From positions 1-44,237 of the IMG/VR virus record IMGVR_UViG_3300035670_000421: 44,237 bases of DNA; one strand, written 5' to 3'. The DNA is from a virus (lineage: Duplodnaviria; Caudoviricetes). Position numbers and translations under genes: made by a program. Below, piece by piece: positions 19,089 to 28,425 of the stretch; the first letter of the stretch is position 1; every line of letters starts with the position of its first letter. The notes under the pieces were generated by a model. That model saw only the letters and a program-made list of their open reading frames with translations. It was not told the DNA's origin and ran no database searches.

Positions 19089-20642
19089 TCAGTCGAGGTT
19101 ATAGGGATCATATTCGACAACAGATTGATTGATGCCTGCGCTGTTCTTGGACTCGTAATCACCCAGCTGACCAACCGGATAGGCGAATGTCAGGGCCAAT
19201 GCATCTGCATCATCCGGGGATGCAAGGCCCCGCCTCTTCATGTCCTCTTTCTTCTCAAGCTGGATTTCATTGTGGACATTGAAGCCGTATTCCACACCAA
19301 TCAAGTCACCCACCAGCTCAGGCTCATCAGGGATTGAACCGCCGGCAAGCCAGTCACGCATCATGCCCCACATCTGCGCCCGCTTGTTGGCATACTTGCG
19401 ATCTGATGACTTGCCACCAAAATTCACCTCGATGATGTTATGCACGCGCAGCTGCCTGCAGCGATCAACCACACCACCACCTACGCCGCCACCATCAATG
19501 AACACAGCATCGCATCGCTTGCCAAAGGTATGAGGCGAGCCCTTGGCATGCTGGGCAACGATTGAAGCCAGCTGCATTGTGTCGATACCCCGGAACTTGA
19601 GCGCCTTGATTGTCCTTGCATCCCGGCCTCGCCTGAACCTGATCACGGACTGGTCATCACCAAACCGCGCAACATCCACGCCCATAATGAGCGGATCAGT
19701 CAGGATTGCCGAATGATCAGACTTGACTGCTTGTTGCACGATGTCGGCAGGGATGAACTGCAGGGAGCTGGCTGACGGGAATTCACCACGGACACGGACC
19801 TTGACGAAATCGCTATCCTCGCCATAGTCATCCACCCACTCCTGGATTTTCTTTTTGTTCGTGATCTTGACATTGCGACTGTCAATCTTCAGGCATTTCC
19901 AGCGATGGCGCAGCCGGTTGAAGCAGGCATGGAAGCGCCCGCTGTTCCTGGTCGGGTTGCCAAAGGCGAACCACATAGGCTCACCGTCAGTCAATCCACC
20001 CTCGGCAACCTCCCAGATCTTGTCAGGCACAGCTGACGCCTCATCGAACAGGTAGAACGGGGTTGAGTTTGCAGCGTGAAGGCCGGCAAAGGATTCGCTG
20101 TTCTCCTCACGGCATGTCTGGGCATCCACCCGCCAGGATTCTGGATAATCCTTTTGGTACAGGTTCATGTTGCCCTTGCCATTGTTGTAGTGGAACCAAT
20201 GGCCTGTGATGCACTTTTTCCACCACTTACCCAGCTCACCCCATGTTTTGGTTTTCAGCTGGTCGCTGGTGTTGGCCGTGACTACGCCTTTGCAATACGG
20301 CCTGGTGCTGGCAATCCACAGGATGAGCCATGCCGTGATAGTAGATTTTCCAATACCGTGGCCGGATGAAATGGCGATCTGGATGGGATCAACAGCCCGG
20401 ACGCCGTTGAACTTATGGCCTTTGACGGACTCGCCTATCTGGTCAAGCAATTCACAGGCCCATTGGTCCGGCCCGAATTCCCTGCCATAGCGCGACTTGT
20501 AGGGCTCTTCAAGCCTCACCAGCCTGATGGACTCATCGGCATCCCACTCAAAGGCATACATGACAAAGCCAAGGGGATCGGCATAGAACTTGCCCATGTC
20601 ATCGGCAAGCATTTCATCTGGGGTTAATGCCGCGGCCGTCAT
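19089..20642 (-). CDS. terL: Terminase large subunit
   Basis: Walker A SGHGIGKS, Walker B FDEAS, GNPT motif, RNase H-like GVDVARFGDD and SPDDADALALTF. Confidence 0.95.
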   Translation of the reverse strand: MTAAALTPDEMLADDMGKFYADPLGFVMYAFEWDADESIRLVRLEEPYKSRYGREFGPDQWACELLDQIGESVKGHKFNGVRAVDPIQIAISSGHGIGKSTITAWLILWIASTRPYCKGVVTANTSDQLKTKTWGELGKWWKKCITGHWFHYNNGKGNMNLYQKDYPESWRVDAQTCREENSESFAGLHAANSTPFYLFDEASAVPDKIWEVAEGGLTDGEPMWFAFGNPTRNSGRFHACFNRLRHRWKCLKIDSRNVKITNKKKIQEWVDDYGEDSDFVKVRVRGEFPSASSLQFIPADIVQQAVKSDHSAILTDPLIMGVDVARFGDDQSVIRFRRGRDARTIKALKFRGIDTMQLASIVAQHAKGSPHTFGKRCDAVFIDGGGVGGGVVDRCRQLRVHNIIEVNFGGKSSDRKYANKRAQMWGMMRDWLAGGSIPDEPELVGDLIGVEYGFNVHNEIQLEKKEDMKRRGLASPDDADALALTFAYPVGQLGDYESKNSAGINQSVVEYDPYNLD

Positions 20643-20749
20643 TACTTGCCCCAGCCAACAGGAACGAATGACGGGGTTGTTTCAACAACAGTCCTACCGC
20701 CCCACCAGAGTCGCATTGGCCTGTATTTGCCGCGCCTGATTTTTCTCAT
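20642..20749 (-). CDS. 35-aa cationic Trp-containing peptide between terS and terL
   Basis: MRKIRRGKYRPMRLWWGGRTVVETTPSFVPVGWGK; ATGA overlap with terS stop and TAATG overlap with terL start. Confidence 0.6.
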   Translation of the reverse strand: MRKIRRGKYRPMRLWWGGRTVVETTPSFVPVGWGK

Positions 20750-21240
20750 GCCTGCCCGCGAGCCTTGGTGATGCGATCAGCCAGTTGGATGGAGCCAGAA
20801 TGCTCAATGCGCTCTTTGAATGCCTGGACGCCAATATGCTTGCCAGCCAACTCAAGCGCCTTGGCAGCGCCATTGGCATTGAAAACATATAGCGGCCTAC
20901 CATCGTCAGAATGGATATGATTTCCCTTTTTGTCAGTGAAGGGCTCTATCTCCTGCATACAGCGCTCATGCAATTTGACCGCCTGCTTCAGCACCCAATC
21001 AGCATTGATCTCTGTACGCTCCTCGCGTTTAGCCATAGCCAAAGCCACAGCCTCCTTGATCTCAGGTTTTCTCAGGAGCTCTTCAGCAATCGAATAGGCG
21101 GTTTTCTTGCTGTAACCAGCCCGGATTGCCGCCTGAGTGCCATTCAAGTCGATCAGGTATTCCTTGACGAACAAGGCCTGCTTTGGCGTGAGCGGCTTTT
21201 TGGTGGCCTTGGAGGCCTCGGAGAGTTTTTCGAGTTTCAT
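20746..21240 (-). CDS. terS: Terminase small subunit
   Basis: LTPKQALFVKEYLIDLNGTQAAIRAGYSKKTA and KALELAGKHIG motifs; likely ATG at 21240. Confidence 0.92.
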   Translation of the reverse strand: MKLEKLSEASKATKKPLTPKQALFVKEYLIDLNGTQAAIRAGYSKKTAYSIAEELLRKPEIKEAVALAMAKREERTEINADWVLKQAVKLHERCMQEIEPFTDKKGNHIHSDDGRPLYVFNANGAAKALELAGKHIGVQAFKERIEHSGSIQLADRITKARGQA

Positions 21241-21242
21241 GA

Positions 21243-21276
21243 TTGACAATATATCAACACCCTACCCAGCCCGCAA
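21243..21276 (-). promoter_or_regulatory. Putative terS promoter with operator over the -10 (21243-21257)
   Basis: TTGCGG-17 nt-TATATT with TG extension; TTGAC-AATAT-ATCAA. Confidence 0.55.
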
Positions 21277-21585
21277 ATATTCCATGATCCTGCCAACAGT
21301 CTCAATGGCCTCGCCACTGGCCACCATGCCGCTTGAGCATTGGTATACCGACCAGCCAAGGGCCAATGCCTCACCCAGCTTGCGATAGTCATTCTCCAAG
21401 CCACGCCCTCGGGCATGGCGCCCTCGGGCATAGACTGCCCCGTTGATCTCAACAGCCAGCAGCATGTCAGGCCAGGCGAAATCGAATCGCCATTCCCGGC
21501 CCTCACAAAACACCAGCTCCCGGACTGGTACCGGAAAGCCTTGTGCCAGGCATTGGTTCAGGAACTGCTCTTCAGCGTTACTCAC
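21262..21585 (-). CDS. PD-(D/E)XK endonuclease (DUF559/Vsr-like)
   Basis: WRFDFAWP..AVEING..GRH..DYRK..ALALGW; probable GTG start at 21585. Confidence 0.8.
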   Translation of the reverse strand: MSNAEEQFLNQCLAQGFPVPVRELVFCEGREWRFDFAWPDMLLAVEINGAVYARGRHARGRGLENDYRKLGEALALGWSVYQCSSGMVASGEAIETVGRIMEYLRAG

Positions 21586-21661
21586 GCCTGTTGATCTCAA
21601 GGGCAACCAGGAAGCCCAAAATAAATCCCACGACAATGCCAACAAACACTGGATCACTCAT
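21578..21661 (-). CDS. 27-aa single-TM peptide
   Basis: MSDPVFVGIVVGFILGFLVALEINRRE; GGGGG RBS; fills the gap between neighbouring genes. Confidence 0.55.
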   Translation of the reverse strand: MSDPVFVGIVVGFILGFLVALEINRRE

Positions 21662-21678
21662 AATCAAACCCCCTGCCG

Positions 21679-22071
21679 TTAATTATAGCGGCTCATGGCC
21701 TCGTGCATTTTTGCAGTAATAACATAACAATCAGCATCACTGGTCCTTGAATCAACAATTATGCCATCACCCCTCAATCGCTTTAGGACCTCACTGGCCC
21801 TTTGCCTGGAGAATGTTTCGGCCTTGAGGGCTTGGGTGATGACCGTTTTTCTGAAGCATGGATTCATGAAGTTTGTTGCCGCAGTCATACTGGCCAGCCT
21901 TTCCAGGCATCTGTGGTGGTGGCTCCCGTTTCGCCTCAAGCTTGGCGTGACTGGCGGCTTCATTTCCCCGATCACCCTCACAACCGCTGCGGCAACCGAC
22001 CTATCATCAATGATCATCTTCAGGCTAACCCTCCCATTCACGACAGACATATCCTTGATTTCGATTTTCAT
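21679..22071 (-). CDS. Hypothetical protein with possible C-terminal winged helix
   Basis: ATG 22071 with GAGGGG; FSRQRASEVLKRLRGDGII segment. Confidence 0.55.
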   Translation of the reverse strand: MKIEIKDMSVVNGRVSLKMIIDDRSVAAAVVRVIGEMKPPVTPSLRRNGSHHHRCLERLASMTAATNFMNPCFRKTVITQALKAETFSRQRASEVLKRLRGDGIIVDSRTSDADCYVITAKMHEAMSRYN

Positions 22072-22127
22072 AAAACGCCCCTCGCTTGATTGGTTAAAAA
22101 CCACCCGATTAAACAGGCTGGTCCTAT

Positions 22128-22408
22128 TCCGTTTTGGGGGGTATTACATACCCCCCCCAAAAAAACGGACAAAGTTGGACAAACTGCCGGAAAAAGGCCG
22201 GAAAACGCCGGACAAAACCGGACAAATCCAACCACGAAATTATTGCAACCCATTGATTCCGTGATGTACACCCACCTGTAATTTTTTTTGACCACGAAAA
22301 CGGACACAGCAAACTCGTTTTCGGACAAATTTTTGAAAAAACGATGTAAGTCATTGATTTTCCACAACCCGAAATCGGACAGCCAAATAATATGGGTAAC
22401 GGACAGTT
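22128..22408. repeat. Putative replication origin: GGAC/AAAA-type iterons, two IHF consensus sites, G/C-tract hairpin
   Basis: GGAC/GGAA cores at 22167, 22177, 22189, 22200, 22210, 22220, 22302, 22323, 22377, 22401; WATCAANNNNTTR on minus strand at 22246-22258 and 22347-22359; non-coding, directly downstream of primase-helicase. Confidence 0.7.
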
Positions 22409-22436
22409 TTCTTGACTCTATGTTGCACGAGGCAGG

Positions 22437-24506
22437 TCATATTTTCCCCAAAATCCAGTAGTGGTGATTGCCCTCAATAGGCACCAGAACACCCATTTCA
22501 ACCAGCTTTTCCTTGACCTCATAGAAGGCCTGCCGGCGCGCCGCCTTACCCTCAAACCGCTCCTTGAATTCCTTTGTGCTGATCAGGATTTCACTGGCAT
22601 CGGGCTTGTTGCGCCGGATGGTATCGGCCATTTCAGCCACGATATTGATACCCGTCTGGACAGACTTTGACTTGCTGGTGATCAGTGTACTGACCATATC
22701 CTGGCTGATCTGTGGATCTTTCTCAGGCACCAGAACACAGCTCGTGACCTCTTCATCCCCAAACTGGCCGGCCATTGTCTCCAATCCCACTGGCGCCATC
22801 TTGAACACGATAGGCTTGAAGGGCTCATCATCTTTCATCTTGGTACAGGTAAGCCGGGTGTATTCGAGGCCGTGGGCATCGGGTGAACCAGTCTTTTCCA
22901 TTGCCATTTCGACATCCAGGGCGGCCCGCAGGGCGCTGGAGCCCCTTGCCCGATCTGTATTCTGCAGCCCGGTATGGTGAACCACGATGACGCTGGCATT
23001 GATGGTTTTCTGGATGTCGGTACAGGCATTGATGAATGCCGTCATGTCCTCAGTCTTGTTTTCATCGCCGGCGCCAAAATTCCGGTTCAGCGTATCTATC
23101 ACCACCATACTGACCCGCCCGACTTGCTCAACCAGCTGGATTGTCTGGTGCTTGAATTCAGCCAGCATGGCCTGTTCCAGCATCATAACTGGCCGGCTTG
23201 AGACATAAAAAGGAATCGAATCCAGATCCATGCCGTAATGGCGCGCCCAGGCTGCGCCCCGCTTGATAATCCCCCTCTTACCCTCCCCGCACACATACAC
23301 CACGGCACCCTGTTCAACCTCGCGCCCGTGCCAATCCTTGCCGGCAGCAATGGCCATGCCCATGTCGATGATGCCAAAGCTCTTGCCGTGACTGGATGGC
23401 CCATATAACACGCCAAAACAATCTTCTGGCATGTATCCACGGATCAGCCATCGGGTTGGCTCAATGCGCCCCAGCTCGCTGATTTTCGTAAGGGACAGGT
23501 GATTGCCATGAGTCCCGACATCCTCACCCAGCAACTGCCGCCGGACCTTATCAAGGCCCTCAGCTGCAGCCATGTCATTGAAGTCCGTGCCTTCGCTGCC
23601 CGCAAATTCCGGCGCCACCATACTGACGCCAAACTGCCCCTCGCAGGCCTTCTGGCCTGCCGTGATACCGGGGTTGCCCTCGGTTTTCCTATCGTTATCC
23701 GCGCACACCACCAGTTTGCAATGGTTGCCGGCCTGCCTGATCGCATCCACCACCGGCTTGAGGTTGCCGGCATTGAATGCCACCACCACTGACTTCCCTG
23801 TAACCTCATGGATGGTGGCCGCAGTCGCATAGCCTTCAGCGACATAGGTGGGCTCAGTGAAGGCAGATCCGATCAGATGGAAGCAGCCACGGGTTTCCCC
23901 GTTTTTCATGAATCGCTTATCGCCATTGGCCCAGATTTTCTGGAAGCTCCGGATGTCGCCATTGATATTCCGGACTGGCACCACCAGCGCATCCCCATCC
24001 TGCAGCAACCCATACGCCTTGACCTTTTTCCGATCCAGGTAGGGGTGCGCTACAGCATAGGGCAGCAACCGGATGGATGATTCAGCCTCGCCGGCAGCTG
24101 CATTGTGGCGCTCTTTTAGCTCGGCCTCGGCAGCCGCTTTCATTTCAATCACGCGCTGTTGGTAGGCCTTGAACTGATCCTGGCTCATGTCCTTTTCGGA
24201 CTTGGATGACCAGTATTGAGTGGAGCCATCCCGCCAGTCGCCAAACACGCCAGCTGCTATCCCGCTCGATACATCCACGCCGAAATAGCGGTACCAGCCA
24301 TTGAGTTTCCGGGTATCCCGCATGGGAACCCGCACGATCTTGCCCTCTATCACCCCGCCAGGAATGACCAAGCCCTGCGCCACCATCACATCATGGAAGG
24401 CAATTTCAGGGGGTGTTTCGTATTTCTGGGGATCGGGCCGTGTCGGCTCGACCAGTGACGCATCGAAAGGCGCGCCAAATAGCGCGCTGATATTCCCGGA
24501 ATCCAT
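22437..24506 (-). CDS. Primase-helicase (TOPRIM + RepA/AAA_25-type helicase)
   Basis: AEGYATAAT and CADND (TOPRIM); GPSSHGKS Walker A, VVIDTL, VVHHTG, RGSSAL. Confidence 0.9.
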   Translation of the reverse strand: MDSGNISALFGAPFDASLVEPTRPDPQKYETPPEIAFHDVMVAQGLVIPGGVIEGKIVRVPMRDTRKLNGWYRYFGVDVSSGIAAGVFGDWRDGSTQYWSSKSEKDMSQDQFKAYQQRVIEMKAAAEAELKERHNAAAGEAESSIRLLPYAVAHPYLDRKKVKAYGLLQDGDALVVPVRNINGDIRSFQKIWANGDKRFMKNGETRGCFHLIGSAFTEPTYVAEGYATAATIHEVTGKSVVVAFNAGNLKPVVDAIRQAGNHCKLVVCADNDRKTEGNPGITAGQKACEGQFGVSMVAPEFAGSEGTDFNDMAAAEGLDKVRRQLLGEDVGTHGNHLSLTKISELGRIEPTRWLIRGYMPEDCFGVLYGPSSHGKSFGIIDMGMAIAAGKDWHGREVEQGAVVYVCGEGKRGIIKRGAAWARHYGMDLDSIPFYVSSRPVMMLEQAMLAEFKHQTIQLVEQVGRVSMVVIDTLNRNFGAGDENKTEDMTAFINACTDIQKTINASVIVVHHTGLQNTDRARGSSALRAALDVEMAMEKTGSPDAHGLEYTRLTCTKMKDDEPFKPIVFKMAPVGLETMAGQFGDEEVTSCVLVPEKDPQISQDMVSTLITSKSKSVQTGINIVAEMADTIRRNKPDASEILISTKEFKERFEGKAARRQAFYEVKEKLVEMGVLVPIEGNHHYWILGKI

Positions 24507-24514
24507 GCAGCCCC

Positions 24515-24775
24515 CTACTTTTCAGCTGACAAATAGCGGGCTGGATTGAATATATCTGGCCTCAAATCATGAGGCTTGATGGCATACTGGTATGCTTCAC
24601 AAACCCCCTCAACTTTATCCGCCGGCACCTTGCCCCGGTAGAACCAGGCATAGACCGTTTTGATATTTTCCCCGGTTTTTGCGGCCAAGCCCGCAAAATC
24701 CCCCTCGGCCAGCACCAGAAGGCGCTTCATGGGATCACTATCAGGCCGCTGCATCACACTGAAAACTAAAGACAT
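24515..24775 (-). CDS. Cro/YdaS-like HTH regulator
   Basis: HTH with TVYAW, GKVPA and C-terminal LRPDIF; ATG 24775 after GAGGT; first gene of the leftward operon. Confidence 0.8.
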   Translation of the reverse strand: MSLVFSVMQRPDSDPMKRLLVLAEGDFAGLAAKTGENIKTVYAWFYRGKVPADKVEGVCEAYQYAIKPHDLRPDIFNPARYLSAEK

Positions 24776-24786
24776 TTTGATACCTC

Positions 24787-24857
24787 TTGAGATTTTTTCA
24801 ATTAGCTGTTGACAATTCTGCAAAACGGATTATGCTTGGCATCAAGTACGAAAGCAA
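24787..24857. promoter_or_regulatory. Divergent switch region: overlapping promoters and tandem operators
   Basis: Plus: TTGACA-16-TATGCT (24809-24836); minus: TTGCTT-17-CATAAT (24857-24829); operator-like sites 24787-24801, 24809-24823 and half-site 24831-24845 at 22-bp spacing. Confidence 0.7.
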
Positions 24858-24912
24858 GCACCTGAGTACGAATTGACGAGATTAACGAACGAACTGAAGT
24901 GAGGAAGTGACT

Positions 24913-25074
24913 ATGTTTAATGACTGGCGAACCATCAGAACGCTGGCGCCCCGCTGGCTCCCCAACACCATCACCCTCGGCATCTACCTGAATCACATTG
25001 ACCAGGAGATCAGGCCGAATGCCCCGATGGCCAAAGGCCGTCACCCACAGATGAAGTTGTGGGGTGGCAAATGA
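24913..25074 (+). CDS. Hypothetical early protein, 53 aa
   Basis: GAGGA RBS; first ORF after the rightward promoter; ATGA coupling to the next ORF. Confidence 0.6.
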   Translation: MFNDWRTIRTLAPRWLPNTITLGIYLNHIDQEIRPNAPMAKGRHPQMKLWGGK

Positions 25075-25226
25075 CTCCTAGCATCGTCATGAAAACCCGC
25101 AAACTCAAAAACTGGTGGATTGCCACCATCAAAGGCTGCCCCGTTGAATTCGCCTCGCAAATCAGCCGCGCTGATGCAAGGCGCATGGCAATGACGGCAG
25201 TTTATTTTTATCAAGCCAAACCATAA
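25071..25226 (+). CDS. Hypothetical early protein, 51 aa
   Basis: ATGA overlap; MTPSIVMKTRKLKNWWIATIKG.. Confidence 0.55.
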   Translation: MTPSIVMKTRKLKNWWIATIKGCPVEFASQISRADARRMAMTAVYFYQAKP

Positions 25227-25254
25227 CCAACCAACATCCCGTGGAGGGAACAGC

Positions 25255-25530
25255 ATGAACAGAGTCAAGTACATTCACCCGCGCAATGGCAAGCGCGAAG
25301 TCGTCAAGACCATGCAGGGCAACGATGACGCGCTGACGCAGCGCAGCCAGATGAAGAAGGTGAAGATCCCAAGTGTTCGCGGCATCCAGTATGTGCTGCC
25401 AGCAAATGCGCCCATGCGTCACCCTACTGTGGCGGAAGCCGACAAAGCCATGCACAAGAAAGGTTTTGTTCGCGTATCCAGCCTGACGAAATCACAGCGC
25501 AGCGCATTAAGGAGCACATCAAATGGTTAA
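25255..25530 (+). CDS. Hypothetical basic protein
   Basis: GGAGG RBS, 91 aa. Confidence 0.65.
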   Translation: MNRVKYIHPRNGKREVVKTMQGNDDALTQRSQMKKVKIPSVRGIQYVLPANAPMRHPTVAEADKAMHKKGFVRVSSLTKSQRSALRSTSNG

Positions 25531-25906
25531 ATCTGTTGAACAACTCGCCGCTGAATTACTGGCCGCCAAGGCTGAAGAGGCCGCCGCAAAGGATCGCCGC
25601 ATATCCGTTGAGGATGACCTGATCAAATTGCTGGATGTCCCTCAAGAGGGCAGCAAAACGCATAATGTCGATGGCTACAAAATCGTTGTCAAAGGCGTTA
25701 TCAACCGCAAGCTGGATGAAGAGAAGTGGGCAGAAGTCGCTGATCGAATTCCGGAAAACTTGCGGCCCGTCAAAACCAAACTGGTGCTGGATGAGACTGG
25801 CGTGAAGTGGTTGCAGAAGAACGATGCCGAGCATTATGCCATCGTTGCCGAAGCCATCACTTCCACCCCAGGCAAGACCAGCGTTTCTGTTGAAAGGAAG
25901 GAGTAA
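25523..25906 (+). CDS. Conserved phage recombination-module protein
   Basis: AAGGAG RBS, 127 aa, precedes the AAA ATPase. Confidence 0.7.
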   Translation: MVKSVEQLAAELLAAKAEEAAAKDRRISVEDDLIKLLDVPQEGSKTHNVDGYKIVVKGVINRKLDEEKWAEVADRIPENLRPVKTKLVLDETGVKWLQKNDAEHYAIVAEAITSTPGKTSVSVERKE

Positions 25907-25912
25907 TTGATT

Positions 25913-26683
25913 ATGGCAATTGATTTAAACAGCATTGGTAAAACCAAACACGCAGCCCCGCCCCGCATGGTGGTGCATGGTGCAGAGAAAGTCGGCAAGT
26001 CTACATTCTGTTCACAGGCGCCGGCCCCCATCTTCATCCAGACTGAGGACGGATTGACCGGCATTGATGCCGATGCCTTCCCCCTCGCCACCAGCTATCA
26101 GGATGTCGTTGACGCACTGACGGCCTTGTGTGGAGAGCATGCCTACAAAACCGTTGTCATTGATTCTGCCGACTGGCTGGAAAAGCTGATCTTTGCAGAA
26201 GTCTGCCAGCGCGAAGGCGTGAGCAGCATCGAGAAGGCAGCTGGTGGTTATGGCAAGGGATACCTGGAAGCGCTGAACCTGTGGCGTGAGATCCTTTCCG
26301 CCCTGAACTACCTGAACAAAGAGAAAGGCATGACGATCATCTTCATCTGCCACTCGAAAGTCATGACATTCAATGACCCGACTGTTGAGCCGTATGATGT
26401 CTGGAAATTGAAACTGCATTCACCCAAGTCCGGCAATGGTTCTTGCGAACTGTTGATGGAGTGGGCTGATGTGATTGCCTTTGCCGAAAAGGAAAAGGTG
26501 ATCAGAAATGTTGGGGAGAAGTCGAGCGAGAAGAAAATCAATCGCGCAACTGACCTCAAAAACCGCTGGCTGCACCTGGAGGGAAGCCCTGCCTTCATGG
26601 CCGGGAATCGCTACAGCCTGCCAGCAAAAGTCGCCTTGTCATGGGATGCCTTTGAACAGGCATTCTCGGCAAAGCAATCCTGA
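25913..26683 (+). CDS. AAA_24 / Sak4-like ATPase
   Basis: GAEKVGKST Walker A, TVVIDSADWLE Walker B, GYGKGY, EWAD. Confidence 0.88.
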   Translation: MAIDLNSIGKTKHAAPPRMVVHGAEKVGKSTFCSQAPAPIFIQTEDGLTGIDADAFPLATSYQDVVDALTALCGEHAYKTVVIDSADWLEKLIFAEVCQREGVSSIEKAAGGYGKGYLEALNLWREILSALNYLNKEKGMTIIFICHSKVMTFNDPTVEPYDVWKLKLHSPKSGNGSCELLMEWADVIAFAEKEKVIRNVGEKSSEKKINRATDLKNRWLHLEGSPAFMAGNRYSLPAKVALSWDAFEQAFSAKQS

Positions 26684-26717
26684 AACCAAGTACGCACGAG
26701 CGTAAGGAAATATCATC

Positions 26718-27251
26718 ATGGCAACAATCAACTTCAATGCAAACGATGTCGAACCACAAAAGAACTACGACCCGATCCCGCCCAACAAGTACCTGTGCAT
26801 GATCACTGACGCACAGGTTGGCTCGAACAGCAAGAACACTGGCACGCTGCTCAAGCTGACATGGGAAGTGATCGAAGATGGCCCCTACAAAGGCGCCTAC
26901 ATTTTCGACAACCTCAATGTCCAGCACCAGAACCAGAAGGCACAGGAGATCGCCCAGCGCCAGCTGTCAGCTATCTGTCATGCCACTGGCCAGCTGATGC
27001 TGACTGACACCGACCAGCTGCTGAACAAGACAGCCATTGTGAAGGTGGACATTGAGCAAAGCGAAGGCTATTCGCCCAAGAACATCACCAAGGGCTATGA
27101 GGCTTATGGTGATGAGGCTGCACCTGCACCTGCAGCGAAGCTCAATCCAAGGCCTGCAGCCCGCACGGTATCGCCGGGATTCGCTGGAACGGCAGCACCC
27201 GCACAGGCTGCCGCTACTGCTGCCAAGGCTGCGCCGCCCTGGAAGAAGTAA
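26718..27251 (+). CDS. DUF669-type single-stranded DNA-binding protein
   Basis: YDPIPPNKY..IFDNLN..AQRQLSAICHATG, Ala/Pro tail ending PPWKK; follows Sak4-like gene. Confidence 0.8.
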   Translation: MATINFNANDVEPQKNYDPIPPNKYLCMITDAQVGSNSKNTGTLLKLTWEVIEDGPYKGAYIFDNLNVQHQNQKAQEIAQRQLSAICHATGQLMLTDTDQLLNKTAIVKVDIEQSEGYSPKNITKGYEAYGDEAAPAPAAKLNPRPAARTVSPGFAGTAAPAQAAATAAKAAPPWKK

Positions 27252-27258
27252 AAAGTTT

Positions 27259-27305
27259 GGGAGCGGGCCTATTCCTTCCCCCTTTCAGGCCCGCTCCCCT
27301 TTTTT
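27259..27305 (+). terminator. Intrinsic terminator
   Basis: 12-bp perfect stem GGGAGCGGGCCT/AGGCCCGCTCCC, 16-nt loop, then T6. Confidence 0.75.
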
Positions 27306-27329
27306 AACTGACGAATTGAGATTATCGAA

Positions 27330-28421
27330 ATGGCCAAACTTGAATTCACAGCCACCCAGCCAGGCAGCGATCCCACGCTGAAGGCAATTGATGAAGCCGT
27401 GCAGGCAAAGGCAAATGCTGAAGAGCCCCGCCCTTACCTTGGCATGTCCGGCATCGGGCATCCCTGCCTTCGCAAGAGCTGGTATGACTTCCACTGGTGT
27501 TCGCCAAAGAAACTAAAGGCAGAAACACAGTACAAATTTGATGACGGCAATGCAGGCGAGGCATTGATGGCCGCCCGCCTTCGCATGGTCAAAGGCATTG
27601 AACTGCAAACCCACGACTGGGATGGCATGCAATTTGGATTTGCCGACATCCACGGCCATTTCAAAGGCCACCTTGATGGCGCCATTAAAGGCTTGTTACA
27701 GGCCCCGAAAACCCCGCATGTCTGGGAACACAAACAGGTTGAGGATGCCAAGCAAGCCAAGCTTGAAAAGCTGGTGGCGCAAAACGAGAAAGAGGCATTG
27801 AAGCAATGGGATATTATTTATTACGCCCAAGCCATCCTGTACATGTTTTATTCTGAATTGACCCGGCATTACCTCACCTGTTCATCACCGGGAGGCCGCC
27901 GGACCATTTCAGTCAGGACAGACGCCAGCAAGAAAGCCGCTGAAACCCTGATCAAAAAAGCCGAGCATATTATTGCCAGCGATGTTCCCGTTGATCGCAT
28001 GACCAATGACCCGGCGCATTTTATGTGCAAATCATTTTGTGATCATGCCGACCTATGCCACCTGACAGCTGCACCGAAAGTGAATTGCCGGACTTGCGCG
28101 CATAGCTCGCCAGTGATGGAAGGCGAAGCTGGCGACTGGTACTGCAAGGTTCATGGCGACAAGATCCCCACAGACTTCCAGCGCACGGGTTGTGACCGAC
28201 ATATCTATAACCCGGCCTTGCTGGTGAACATTGGCGAGCCACAAAAGGGCAGCGATGAACAGGTTGAGTACATCAACAAAACCAATGGCAAGCCATTTGC
28301 CAATGGCATTGACGGATACTCAAGCCATGAGATCCATGCAGCCGATGACAAGCGAGTGATCGGCGCAGATGAGGTTGAGGCAATCAAAAAACATTTTCCT
28401 GGTAGCAGGGTTGTGGGATGA
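27330..28421 (+). CDS. Cas4/RecB-like PD-(D/E)XK exonuclease with Cys clusters
   Basis: YLGMSGIGHPC, GHLDG, WEHK, YYAQAILYM, CKSFC..C and NCRTC. Confidence 0.82.
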   Translation: MAKLEFTATQPGSDPTLKAIDEAVQAKANAEEPRPYLGMSGIGHPCLRKSWYDFHWCSPKKLKAETQYKFDDGNAGEALMAARLRMVKGIELQTHDWDGMQFGFADIHGHFKGHLDGAIKGLLQAPKTPHVWEHKQVEDAKQAKLEKLVAQNEKEALKQWDIIYYAQAILYMFYSELTRHYLTCSSPGGRRTISVRTDASKKAAETLIKKAEHIIASDVPVDRMTNDPAHFMCKSFCDHADLCHLTAAPKVNCRTCAHSSPVMEGEAGDWYCKVHGDKIPTDFQRTGCDRHIYNPALLVNIGEPQKGSDEQVEYINKTNGKPFANGIDGYSSHEIHAADDKRVIGADEVEAIKKHFPGSRVVG

Positions 28422-28425
28422 GATT

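Noticed and set aside
27330-28421. CRISPR-Cas locus around the Cas4-like nuclease
   Set aside because: No array or other cas genes; context is a Sak4-SSB-exonuclease recombination module
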